Shown piece after piece: positions 26,216 to 35,538 of a stretch of DNA of 64,000 nt. The notes under the pieces were generated by a model. It ran no database searches. It saw nothing but the letters and a program-made list of their open reading frames with translations, and was not told the origin of the DNA. Source of the DNA: an uncultured Bdellovibrionales bacterium. GTDB lineage: Bacteria > Patescibacteriota > Minisyncoccia > Moranbacterales > UBA1568. The position numbers and the translations under genes were made by a program. Where the stretch lies: NCBI GenBank assembly GCA_964597355.1, contig CAZQWS010000001.1, positions 24,279-88,278 on the forward strand, in the 5' to 3' direction. Each line of letters opens with the position of its first letter. Within the stretch, counting starts at the first letter, position 1.

Positions 26216-27376
26216 ATGTTCCGATCTCCCCTCCCTATTCCCGAATCACAGAGCCTTCTCTACCGACGCCTCCGAGTGCTCCTTTGGATCGTGATTGTTT
26301 TTGGTGGCGGCGCTTTTATTCTCTCGCTACTCTTCCCTACCATCACCCAAAGTTTTGATTTCGATAATCCAGGGAGTAGCCGTAATACCATCATCGAACC
26401 TCGCGCTCCTGACACTACCCCCCTCACCACCGGCAAAGTCAGTCCAGACCAAAACATGGTGGCCAATACGAGCCTCCTCGGGGATTTTTCTTCGGCGACG
26501 ATCCGCTTTACGCTCGAAGACGACTCGGCCTTGCCCCAAGCTCCCACTGCCACGCTCCGCCGGGCTTACCGCTCTCTCCTGCTTCCTTTGGGCGAGCCTA
26601 TCGATGCTGTCCAGAGAGAAACCATCGTGCGGAGTGGTGACACCTATTACGTGTTTGAAAACAACACCCTCTTCCCTTTTATAAGCGAAGCCGCCTATCG
26701 CTCCCGCTTTGATGAAGAGCAGCCAGTCATCGATGTGGATACCAATGCCCTGAGTCGCTTCCCTCGTGCAGAAACTCAAATCGGTTTCCGGATAGGCTCC
26801 CTCGTTTCTTTTGCCGACGGAGTCTTTGTCGTGACGAGCCCCACTGAAATCCGTCCTATCGGGAGCGCTGAAATCCTCCTCGCCCTCGGTTACCGTTTCG
26901 AAGACGTGAAGAGTGCTAGCGAAGAAGAACTCGGTCTCTATGAACGCGGTCGCATCATCCTTCTCAATACGCCGCATGCCGATGGCACGCTCTTCCGCGA
27001 TCTCGATACAGAGGAAGTATTCATCGTCGAAGGCGGGAAACGCCGAGTGATCGCTGACGCAGCGTACCGTGCTTTCCTCGAAAGAGAGCAGCGGCCTATC
27101 CCTACTCGCACAAGCGACCGCGACGAAAGCGTCTCATGCAATCCCGAAGCTGGTATCTTCCCGCGCACGTATCGCTGTGAAGTACTCCTCGAGCGTTTCC
27201 GGGATAATGCCGGATTTGACTATGAACTCACGCTCGGAAGTACGGACCAAGCGTTTGAAATAGAGACCCTCAACCTTGCGTTCAATACCCATCTCACGCT
27301 CGACAATGCCCGAACCCTCGTCGCAAAAGTGAAACAACGCATCCTCGTTCGTTTCGGTCTCGCTCCACAACCATAA
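26216..27376 (+). CDS. Hypothetical membrane-anchored extracellular protein
   Basis: Single N-terminal TM; ATG immediately after the upstream stop. Confidence 0.7.
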   Translation: MFRSPLPIPESQSLLYRRLRVLLWIVIVFGGGAFILSLLFPTITQSFDFDNPGSSRNTIIEPRAPDTTPLTTGKVSPDQNMVANTSLLGDFSSATIRFTLEDDSALPQAPTATLRRAYRSLLLPLGEPIDAVQRETIVRSGDTYYVFENNTLFPFISEAAYRSRFDEEQPVIDVDTNALSRFPRAETQIGFRIGSLVSFADGVFVVTSPTEIRPIGSAEILLALGYRFEDVKSASEEELGLYERGRIILLNTPHADGTLFRDLDTEEVFIVEGGKRRVIADAAYRAFLEREQRPIPTRTSDRDESVSCNPEAGIFPRTYRCEVLLERFRDNAGFDYELTLGSTDQAFEIETLNLAFNTHLTLDNARTLVAKVKQRILVRFGLAPQP

Positions 27377-27386
27377 CCCTTTCCGT

Positions 27387-27800
27387 ATGCTCTCTTCCCT
27401 CCAGCAAAAAATAGCTACGTGGAAACAAAGCGGGATGCTCGCCATCTTGGCCGCGCTTCTCCTTGAACTCCTCCTCGTGCTGTGGATCGGTTTCTTGGTC
27501 CTCTTTGCTCTCGAAACTTTGCTCCCTACCTTTATTACCATTCGTCTCTCACTCGCGAATTTTCTCGCCATCCTCGTCCTGGGCACCGTGTTCTATCTCT
27601 TTCTCGAAAAAGAGCTCAATCTTCCCACAGACGAAACAAAAACTCCCCGCTTCCTCACCGTAGGAGTCTGGGGATTTTGTTTCATCTTGATCGCTCTTTC
27701 TCTCGCCCGTTTCACCCTTGCTGGCGTCATTATCTTCTTCATCGCCTATCTCATTCTCTGGTGGCTCTTCAGTCAGGTTCTTCGAGAAAAAGAAGCTTAA
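27387..27800 (+). CDS. Hypothetical membrane protein (about 4 TM)
   Basis: Hydrophobic 137-aa ORF in the same operon. Confidence 0.7.
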   Translation: MLSSLQQKIATWKQSGMLAILAALLLELLLVLWIGFLVLFALETLLPTFITIRLSLANFLAILVLGTVFYLFLEKELNLPTDETKTPRFLTVGVWGFCFILIALSLARFTLAGVIIFFIAYLILWWLFSQVLREKEA

Positions 27801-29254
27801 GAAAGTTTGGCGAGGTCAAGCTCTTCGTCGATACGGATACTGGCGACGAAATCAGGCACGTGGGAAACCAAAATCATGGTCCCTTTGTAGTCATTGAACG
27901 CTTCGGCCATCACCGGTACATGGCGGAAATTGATATGATTGGTCGGCTCATCGAGGATGAGGAGTTCTGGCTTCTCGACATAGAGCCTAGCGAGCATAAG
28001 CAAACCCTTTTGTCCCTCAGAGAGACTCTCCACTTTGTTTTTGACGAGTTCAGCTGGGATAAGAAACTTAGCCGCTGTTTGATACACCACTTCCATATTC
28101 TTGTCTTGCATCACCGCCATGAGTTCCTCGCCCACGGTTTTGTCGAAATCGAGACTCGAGAAGTCCTGACGGTAGTAGCCCACTTTGACGCCCGAAGTAA
28201 TGATAGCCCGTTCACTATCCCCACGAGCCAGCGCTTCGAGGAAGGTGCTTTTGCCAATCCCATTCGGTCCCGTCACAAGGAGATGGGTATTGCGTTTCAA
28301 AACCATATTGACCTGCTTCACTGCTGGACCATAGATCCCCTGCACTGAGACGGTTTTGATATCAATGATTGGCCCGACGATATTATTGCACTCGATTGTA
28401 AAAGGCGAGAGGGTCTTGTCTTCGCGGCGTACATCTACTTTGTTTTCTTCGAGCTCGTCTGCCAACGTACGCATGCGCTTGGCGACGGCACGCAGCTTTC
28501 CACCTTTGTTGGCGAACACATTGGCCTGATCCTTTTTCTCTTGAATCGTTCGTTCCAAACGCACGTTTTCACTTTGGGCTTTCTCAATGCGTTTGGCGAT
28601 TTCTTCGACCACGGTATAGTAGTCCCCATTGTACTGTTCCATGACATGGGTAAAGACATCGAGATAGAGCACGCCTTCGGTAAAAGAATTCAAGAAATCA
28701 GCATCGTGAGAAATGACGAGGCAAGTTTTTTCGTATTCAATAAGAAACTGGGTGAGATGGGCAATGCCATCAGCATCAAGATTATTGGTCGGCTCATCGA
28801 GAAGCAAAATATCCGGTTCCTGGATAAGGGCCGAAGCGAGGAGGAGGCGTGCTTGCTGACCACCACTAAACTGACGAATCTTTTTCTCGAGATCTGCCAC
28901 GGGAAGATGCACCACTTCGAGCACTTCTTGGATTTTCCTCGGAAGCTCCCATTCCGGTACATCGGTATAGCGAGTAAAAAAGTCCTGCACAGAAAGGTCT
29001 AGTTCATCACGCGGAATCACCTGTCGAGCGATCGCCACGGTACTTCCCGAATCAAGCGAGATCCGACCCGACTGAGGCTGGAGTTCACCGGTTAAGAGCT
29101 TGAAGAGCGAACTTTTGCCGGCCCCATTTTGGCCCATGAGAGTAAACTTGGCTCCCCGGCGCAAACTAAAACTTACCTCATCCAAAATAGGTTTGCCGTG
29201 TCGATATTCAAAACTGACATTGTCGAATCGCAAAACAACGTTATCGCGTCCCAT
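27797..29254 (-). CDS. ABC-F family ATP-binding protein
   Basis: Two ABC domains (GQNGAGKS, FSGGQ, LLLDEPTNNLD; GPNGIGKST, LSEGQ, LILDEPTNH) and no TM segments. Confidence 0.93.
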   Translation of the reverse strand: MGRDNVVLRFDNVSFEYRHGKPILDEVSFSLRRGAKFTLMGQNGAGKSSLFKLLTGELQPQSGRISLDSGSTVAIARQVIPRDELDLSVQDFFTRYTDVPEWELPRKIQEVLEVVHLPVADLEKKIRQFSGGQQARLLLASALIQEPDILLLDEPTNNLDADGIAHLTQFLIEYEKTCLVISHDADFLNSFTEGVLYLDVFTHVMEQYNGDYYTVVEEIAKRIEKAQSENVRLERTIQEKKDQANVFANKGGKLRAVAKRMRTLADELEENKVDVRREDKTLSPFTIECNNIVGPIIDIKTVSVQGIYGPAVKQVNMVLKRNTHLLVTGPNGIGKSTFLEALARGDSERAIITSGVKVGYYRQDFSSLDFDKTVGEELMAVMQDKNMEVVYQTAAKFLIPAELVKNKVESLSEGQKGLLMLARLYVEKPELLILDEPTNHINFRHVPVMAEAFNDYKGTMILVSHVPDFVASIRIDEELDLAKLS

Positions 29255-29312
29255 AAAAAGTAAAGAAAAAACGCCGCAAAACGGCGATCACAGTATCGCA
29301 CAAAAAATCCGA

Positions 29313-30428
29313 CTAGGCAAGTATACACTCCATTGTTTCACGAGCGCATTGGTCCCAAGAAAAGTGTTTGAGTTGTTCATTACCCCTCTCAACAAGATTC
29401 TTTCGCAAAGTTTCATCCTGCCACAGTTGCTTCATCTTTTTGGCAATGTCGCTTACATCCTGAGCGTCACAGTACAACGCCCCATCACCCGCCACTTCAG
29501 AGAGGCTCGAGTTATGCGCCGTAAGCACTGGGATTTCCGACGCAAAGGCTTCAAGAATTGGAATACCGAAGCCTTCATAGAGAGATGGAAATACAAAGGC
29601 CCGAGCTCCTTGGTAAAGCGCTCGTAAATCTTCAAAGCTTACTCTCCCGGTAAGGAGAATATCGTCGCGATAGTTACTCCGTTCTCTTGCCTGGAGAATC
29701 CCATCCGAAAGCCAGGCCGCTTCACCAGCAAGCACCAGCTTCATATCTGGACATTCGGCTTTCACCTGCTCAAAAGCTTCGATCAAACGAACGAGGTTTT
29801 TCCGCGGTTGCAATGCTCCAACATACAGAAAGTAGTTGGTAGTGAGTAGTTGGTAGTGAGTAAGCTTAACAGTAAGCTCCTCTTGAGACAAACGCTTACC
29901 AAAGAAGTCAGCATCAAAACCATGATGAATGACTTTGATTTTTGATTCGGAAAGGTGAGGAAAGAATTCCAAAAGATCTCGTTTGGTGGAATGAGAAACA
30001 GCAATAAACTTGTCAGCTTGCCGAACGACGGTCGAAAGCATGAGATCAAGTTTGAGCCGATCCAGCAGAGGAAACGTTTCTGGAAAACGCTTCCAGGCCA
30101 GATCGTGGATAGTAGCTGTTACCTCAAGACCATTAGGGAGACAAAGAGGAGCCGCTTGGATAGGAAGAAAAAGTTTGCTGGGTTTGTTTGTAAACATCTC
30201 CCACGCAAACCGGGTTTGCATCCACGCTTTTGGAAAGGGCAAAGACTCCACGGTATAGTTCTGAAAGGGAGGCGGGGTCAGTACAGGATTAAATACTCCC
30301 TTATGATACAGTGCAAAAGTATCGCTCGTATTGAGTTGTCCAAAACGTTTTAGAAGCTCAAATAAGTACACCCGCGTCCCATCGATCCGCGCATGATCCA
30401 AATCACTAGCCTGAATCGCTATGTGCAT
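29313..30428 (-). CDS. Glycosyltransferase family 4
   Basis: TIHDL, YVGALQPRKN, FVFPSLYEGFGIPILEA. Confidence 0.93.
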   Translation of the reverse strand: MHIAIQASDLDHARIDGTRVYLFELLKRFGQLNTSDTFALYHKGVFNPVLTPPPFQNYTVESLPFPKAWMQTRFAWEMFTNKPSKLFLPIQAAPLCLPNGLEVTATIHDLAWKRFPETFPLLDRLKLDLMLSTVVRQADKFIAVSHSTKRDLLEFFPHLSESKIKVIHHGFDADFFGKRLSQEELTVKLTHYQLLTTNYFLYVGALQPRKNLVRLIEAFEQVKAECPDMKLVLAGEAAWLSDGILQARERSNYRDDILLTGRVSFEDLRALYQGARAFVFPSLYEGFGIPILEAFASEIPVLTAHNSSLSEVAGDGALYCDAQDVSDIAKKMKQLWQDETLRKNLVERGNEQLKHFSWDQCARETMECILA

Positions 30429-30429
30429 A

Positions 30430-31389
30430 CTATGGAGCAGAAGCTCGTTCTTTACGGATATGCATCAGCTCAAGTGGTTCGGCAAACTGCATCGCTTCAG
30501 GCTTTACCGTAAGTTCTCTCGCTACTGCTCCCTGGTCTACAAAAAAGGCGACCACAGATTGCACCACATCATCTGGAGCACTGGCCCCAGCTGTGACACC
30601 GACTCGCTCCACCCCCTCAAGCCATTGGGGATCAATATACTCTTTACTATCAATCAACTGTGCCTGCGTACCCATAGCTCTTACTGTCTCAACCAAGCGG
30701 TTAGAATTGGAAGAAGCGTGCGATCCTACCACCAAAACGAGGTTAACCTCTTTCGCCAGTCCCTTCACGGCTTCCTGACGATTGGTCGTCGCATAGCAAA
30801 TATCCTGAAGTGGCGGAGCGATTATCGTCGGATACTTCTTTTTGAGAGCAATGATCACTTCACGGGTATCATCAACTGAGAGTGTCGTCTGTGTAAGGTA
30901 AATCATTTTATCCGTTGTAGGTAACGTCAAGGCTTCAACCTCGGCTACGGTTTCAACAAGCGGGACCATTGCTTCCGGAACTTCTCCGAGCACACCAATC
31001 CCTTCCGGATGCCCCGCATGCCCGATATAAATAATTTGATAGCCATCCTTGATATACCGCTGAAACTCCAGATGGACTTTGGTGACGAGTGGACAGGTGG
31101 CATCAATAAGCCGCAGTTTTCGTTCGCGAGCCAGAGCATAGTGCGTTTGCGGTGAACCATGGGCCGAAAAAACCACCACTGATCCTTCGGGAACATCTCG
31201 AAGTTCCTCTACCGTAACCGCCCCGAGCTTCGAAAGACGTTCAACGACATTTTTGTTGTGCACAATTTCATGCTTCACATAGACTGGCGCGCCAAAAATC
31301 TCGAGCGTATCCTCCACTGCCTTCACTGCCCGACTGACACCAGCACAAAACCCTCGTGGGGATGCCAATACCACTTCCTTCACCATCAT
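30430..31389 (-). CDS. ispH: 4-hydroxy-3-methylbut-2-enyl diphosphate reductase
   Basis: PRGFCAGV, IVHN, SAHG, DATCPLV, HPE, DICYAT, SSNS, TAGASAP. Confidence 0.97.
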   Translation of the reverse strand: MMVKEVVLASPRGFCAGVSRAVKAVEDTLEIFGAPVYVKHEIVHNKNVVERLSKLGAVTVEELRDVPEGSVVVFSAHGSPQTHYALARERKLRLIDATCPLVTKVHLEFQRYIKDGYQIIYIGHAGHPEGIGVLGEVPEAMVPLVETVAEVEALTLPTTDKMIYLTQTTLSVDDTREVIIALKKKYPTIIAPPLQDICYATTNRQEAVKGLAKEVNLVLVVGSHASSNSNRLVETVRAMGTQAQLIDSKEYIDPQWLEGVERVGVTAGASAPDDVVQSVVAFFVDQGAVARELTVKPEAMQFAEPLELMHIRKERASAP

Positions 31390-31392
31390 ACG

Positions 31393-32112
31393 TTAATCCT
31401 TAATGATCGTTCCTACAAATTTCTTGCCAGCAATATAGTTAGCCGTATTTTCGAGATCGCCACCATTCATGACGGCTACTTCCATTTTTTCTTCTTCAGC
31501 CATTTTGGAAGCGATCGGATCGAACGGGGCATTCATGCCAGGATTCCATTTATGGCCGACAATATCTCGAAACGCCTTCCAGGTCAGGTGATCATACGGC
31601 TTCGCATCAGCATTCGTCCGGGGATCCTTGTCATAGACCCGCTCAATATTGGACAGGTTGATGATTCGCTTCACACCCAGGTATTTCCCAAGAACTACAG
31701 CGTCAAAATCCGTCGAAAAGCCCGGACGCCAGCCAGCCGCGACGAGAATTGGTTCTGAAGCAGAGTAAAAATCTTCAAGGTCATGAGGATTAGTATTGAT
31801 CCGAGGATGAGCATATTCACGGAAAATCGTACGGACGAGATGCGCATTCATGCGCGTGGCATGAATTCCAAGCCAATCTTTGTCCTCATCATTAATCTTG
31901 GTCACGGTCGCTGCCGCTTCGATGTACTTGCGCGCTGTCTTGCCACCACCCGTCACCAAAATGAAATGGTACCCATCCCCGATATGGTCAACAATAAACT
32001 TTTTGAAATTAGCTACAAAGATAGCATCGATTGACTCCGGAACCAAGAGCGATCCCCCCAGCGAGATAATAATCCGTTCCTTTGCCTCTTCCTTAGCTTT
32101 GTTTTTTTCCAT
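31393..32112 (-). CDS. pyrH: UMP kinase, archaeal type
   Basis: ISLGGSL, TGGGKTARKY, GWRPGFSTD, VYDKDP, PFDP. Confidence 0.92.
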   Translation of the reverse strand: MEKNKAKEEAKERIIISLGGSLLVPESIDAIFVANFKKFIVDHIGDGYHFILVTGGGKTARKYIEAAATVTKINDEDKDWLGIHATRMNAHLVRTIFREYAHPRINTNPHDLEDFYSASEPILVAAGWRPGFSTDFDAVVLGKYLGVKRIINLSNIERVYDKDPRTNADAKPYDHLTWKAFRDIVGHKWNPGMNAPFDPIASKMAEEEKMEVAVMNGGDLENTANYIAGKKFVGTIIKD

Positions 32113-32118
32113 AGAGCT

Positions 32119-33354
32119 TTATTGCTGGCAATATGCTACCACTTCTGAAATGGCTACTTCTTTCACTACTTCATTGGCACGCTCTTTCACTTCTACCTTA
32201 CCACTTTCAAGTGAGCGCTTGCCCATGACGATACGCAGCGGGATACCGAGGAGATCACTTTCGGTAAACTTTTCTCCCGCACTCGTATCACGGTCATCAT
32301 AGAGCACCTCAATCCCCGCTTCCTCAAGTTCACTGTAGAGTTTGTCAGCTGCTTCATTCACTCCGAGCGAGACGAGATGGACTTGAAAGGGCGCCACTGA
32401 TTTTGGCCATACGAGTCCTTTATCATCAGCAAATTTTTCAACAATTACCCCCATAGCCCGGGTAATACCAATGCCGTAGGAGGCCAAGTAAACAGGATGT
32501 TCCTTACCATCGCTTCCCTTAAAATTAATGCCCATTTGTTCCGCTTTTTCAGTGCCAAAATTAAAGATATTGCCTACTTCAGCACTTTTTACCTTTTCCA
32601 TTTCTTCTTTTTTGATCCCAAGTTCCTCTACCGCAGCATCCAGCACTTCTTCATTCACAGCAACATTTTTTTCGCGATGGATATAGAGGATATCTTCGCC
32701 TGCATCACAGATAGTTTGAAACTCATGGCTAAATTTGGTGAAAGCCCCTCCACTCGCAAAGGTAACGTACGTATCTTTACCCAAGCCTAATCTTTCGTAC
32801 ACTCGCTTGTAAGCATCGATAACTTTGTTGTAGTACTGGTCAAGGTCTTCCGCACTCGCATGAAGCGAGTACATGTCTTTCATTACAAACTCTCGGCCAC
32901 GCATAATCCCACTTTTTGCCCGCAGTTCGTTTCTCAGTTTTGTTTGAAATTGATAAACGCTTGTTGGTAAGTCTTTATAGCTTGAAACAAAATGACTCAT
33001 CATCCGCATGATTGGTTCCTCATGTGACCAAGCGAGACCAAGTTCAACCCCATCCTTCAGCTTTGTCTTGAACCACACATCCACTACCTCATCACTCCAA
33101 CGCGTCGTTGTTTCCCAGGCTTCTTTGGGTTGCAGATTAGTCATGATAAGTTCTTGTCCACCAATAGCATCCATCTCCTCGCGCACAATGCGTTTGATGT
33201 TTTCGAGTACCCGAAGCCCAAGTGGCGTATACGCATACACCCCCGCCATTTCTTTGTGAATAAAGCCGGCCCGGGAGAGAAGGATGGCATTTTTACTCAC
33301 TTCGTCTTTGGGAGCGGTCTTACTGGTTCGGGTAAATAGATTCGATTGACGCAT
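32119..33354 (-). CDS. proS: Proline--tRNA ligase, short form without editing domain
   Basis: RAGFIHK, RNELRAKSGIMRGREFVMKDMYS, EVGNIF, YGIGITR, C-terminal anticodon domain. Start at ATG 33354. Confidence 0.95.
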   Translation of the reverse strand: MRQSNLFTRTSKTAPKDEVSKNAILLSRAGFIHKEMAGVYAYTPLGLRVLENIKRIVREEMDAIGGQELIMTNLQPKEAWETTTRWSDEVVDVWFKTKLKDGVELGLAWSHEEPIMRMMSHFVSSYKDLPTSVYQFQTKLRNELRAKSGIMRGREFVMKDMYSLHASAEDLDQYYNKVIDAYKRVYERLGLGKDTYVTFASGGAFTKFSHEFQTICDAGEDILYIHREKNVAVNEEVLDAAVEELGIKKEEMEKVKSAEVGNIFNFGTEKAEQMGINFKGSDGKEHPVYLASYGIGITRAMGVIVEKFADDKGLVWPKSVAPFQVHLVSLGVNEAADKLYSELEEAGIEVLYDDRDTSAGEKFTESDLLGIPLRIVMGKRSLESGKVEVKERANEVVKEVAISEVVAYCQQ

Positions 33355-33360
33355 AGATAA

Positions 33361-33492
33361 ATCAGTAAACAATAAGCAGTAAACAGTAAGCAATAAGAAG
33401 AAAACAAAAGACAAAAAAGAATCAGCTACTCATCTTTTCTTTTTTTGTCCCCTGTTTATTGTTTTTTGTTTACTGTTTTCTGTATTCTATTC
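33361..33492. repeat. Inverted 7-mer array pair (AACAGTA / TACTGTT), empty
   Basis: atcagta aacaata agcagta aacagta agcaata ... gtttatt gtttttt gtttact gttttct gtattct. Confidence 0.75.
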
Positions 33493-33494
33493 TA

Positions 33495-34673
33495 TCACAG
33501 CGAGAGAGAAAGCTCGCGCTCCACCCCAGAACGGATAATTTTGAGCGTGGCATTCTCGCCAGGCTTCAGCCGACCGATGGCGACCGAAAGCGGGAGATCA
33601 AGGTTGATCTCCACTCCATTGACGGCAATGATAATATCCCCAAATTGCAGTCCTGCGAGAGCTGCTGGAGATCCAGCCAAGACTGAAAGACCCGTGCGTT
33701 CTGAAGGACTATACACGAGAGCTCCCCGATCACGAGCGAGACCAAGCGTTTGTTCTATGAGAGGCGTAATCGTCAGATAATAAATCCCTGCTACGGGCCG
33801 AGTCAGTTTCCCGGCAATCAGCCGATCCAAAGAATCCCGAAGAGCCTTGGCCGGGACAAGAAATAACTGTGTCGTTCCATCCACCCGTACGGCACCGAGT
33901 ACTCCCGCTACTTCTCCATTCAAAAGAAGTGCCGGGCTTCCAGGTACGCCATTTGTAACCGACGTTCCTAAGCTATAGACCCCTTCCCATTCTTCTGATG
34001 AAGCGACGGTTTGCGGGGCGAGATTCCAGGTTCGTTCATAACTCCCCACTACACTTGGCATTACTGAGAGAGTTGTTTCATTGGTCCGCGACAAAAGTGC
34101 AAAGCGACGACCAGGTTTTACGTCAGCCGAATTGGTAAAAGCTATGGCTGGAGTATTCATTCCTTCCACTCGAAGGTACAAAAGGTTCGTCAGAGCGTCG
34201 TAACCAGCTACCTGTGCTTCTTTCTTTTGACCATCACCCAAAAAAACTGTGTAGTGATTTTGGCCAGGTGTAGGTTCCCGCTCCCGGTACGTTACCAAAA
34301 GCCCATCATTTGTGACCAAGACGCCAGAAGTACTGCGGGATTGCCCAAGTGCAAGAGCCAAAGTCTCAGCTTTCGGTACGGTTTCTTCCAGCACGCCGAC
34401 GACTACCGAACCATAGAGAGCGACCATGCGCTCAATGTTTTCGTCCTGAGTGATACTGACGGACTCCTTTCGCTCAATCACTGTCACCCGTTCACCAAGC
34501 TTGGGAACGATCCCCATGCGACTAGCCCAGTCTTCTGAAGCGAGCCATGGTAAAACTTTCCATTCAAAAACGAGGATGCCCAGGCTCATGAACACAAAGA
34601 GAAAAACGATTTTGGCACCCCAAGAAAGCCAAGGTTTTATGCAACACAGAAATGTTTCCAAAAAGGCAGCCAT
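33495..34673 (-). CDS. HtrA-like trypsin-PDZ protein, probably catalytically inactive
   Basis: TM, trypsin-like domain and PDZ (GSPAALAGLQFGDII). GLLVTY replaces the TNxH motif and GVPGSP replaces GNSGGP. Confidence 0.8.
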   Translation of the reverse strand: MAAFLETFLCCIKPWLSWGAKIVFLFVFMSLGILVFEWKVLPWLASEDWASRMGIVPKLGERVTVIERKESVSITQDENIERMVALYGSVVVGVLEETVPKAETLALALGQSRSTSGVLVTNDGLLVTYREREPTPGQNHYTVFLGDGQKKEAQVAGYDALTNLLYLRVEGMNTPAIAFTNSADVKPGRRFALLSRTNETTLSVMPSVVGSYERTWNLAPQTVASSEEWEGVYSLGTSVTNGVPGSPALLLNGEVAGVLGAVRVDGTTQLFLVPAKALRDSLDRLIAGKLTRPVAGIYYLTITPLIEQTLGLARDRGALVYSPSERTGLSVLAGSPAALAGLQFGDIIIAVNGVEINLDLPLSVAIGRLKPGENATLKIIRSGVERELSLSL

Positions 34674-34755
34674 ATACGTATAAGTGGTGATAGTAGCATC
34701 TTTTCCTCGAACGATCAAGCCGCCCAGTTCGGGTCGTTGTGCTGACCTCTCTTCC

Positions 34756-35514
34756 CTATACAACCAAATTCCAGGGGGAAGTCATAACAAGAAGAGCTAG
34801 CAAAAAGAGCAACATGACGCTTTCCTGGAGAGCGTTCTTCAATACGAATTGGCCACGGATAAGATCGAAGCTAATTTTCCACAAGAGGAAAAAGTTAATA
34901 AGCATCGCTGCCCCAACCGTGAGGTAACCAAATGGCCAAAAGTGTACCACCCAAATAAGCTCCATCATGAGCATACCGATTGTAAAAGCCGTAAGGAGAA
35001 TGAGCTTAGTATCCTTTGGCTCCCAGGCGGTAAAAAGTGTGTGGAAGGCCACCAAAAAGCTTACGATAAAGAAGACAGACAGAAGGATAGTGAGGTGCAC
35101 TTCGTAATTGATGTAGAGTCCATAGATTGCGGTAAAGACAAAAAAAAGGCTGGAAAGTGCCGCCAGGTTCAGCATGGCCCGAGCGGTCTTGTCTCGTTCG
35201 TTTTGACGTAATCGGTAGATCCCAAGAAGCGCTCCGTAATAAATAATCGAAGCGATGGTAATGAAGGCACGCGTTTCAAAGCCCCGGTCGATAAGGGAGA
35301 GGAGAAGTGGCACACTAAAAGCAAGCGTACTTGGCAAGTACGCCGTATACCAATAGCCGGTCAGTTTCTTGGCAGCAATAATCGAAAGTGTAATAAGACT
35401 GCCCGAAGTAATAAGAAAAAAACTCCAGGCCGGTACAATCGACCGCTCACTAATAATGAGAAGCGAGACAAAGAATAGGACTGAGAAGAAGAGAACAGTA
35501 AAATGAAACAGCAT
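34756..35514 (-). CDS. Hypothetical polytopic membrane protein
   Basis: About 8-9 TM; ELIWVVHFWP motif. Confidence 0.75.
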   Translation of the reverse strand: MLFHFTVLFFSVLFFVSLLIISERSIVPAWSFFLITSGSLITLSIIAAKKLTGYWYTAYLPSTLAFSVPLLLSLIDRGFETRAFITIASIIYYGALLGIYRLRQNERDKTARAMLNLAALSSLFFVFTAIYGLYINYEVHLTILLSVFFIVSFLVAFHTLFTAWEPKDTKLILLTAFTIGMLMMELIWVVHFWPFGYLTVGAAMLINFFLLWKISFDLIRGQFVLKNALQESVMLLFLLALLVMTSPWNLVV

Positions 35515-35538
35515 AGTTACATCATATCACGGCCTATC

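Noticed and set aside
24388-27800. C/T-rich plus-strand operon as a foreign island
   Set aside because: The bias is in the same direction as the window-wide C-over-G excess on the + strand (replication strand skew) plus Leu/Phe-rich membrane proteins; no mobility signature.
29238-29265. TTATGGGAC look-alike of the cassette site
   Set aside because: It is the ABC-F start codon context; the arms do not match and the orientation relative to the gene is opposite.
33355-33414. Hydrophobic N-terminal extension of ProS (MSFVFFLLLTVYCLLF)
   Set aside because: It is a translation of the heptamer repeat; the conserved ProS start is MRQS at 33354.
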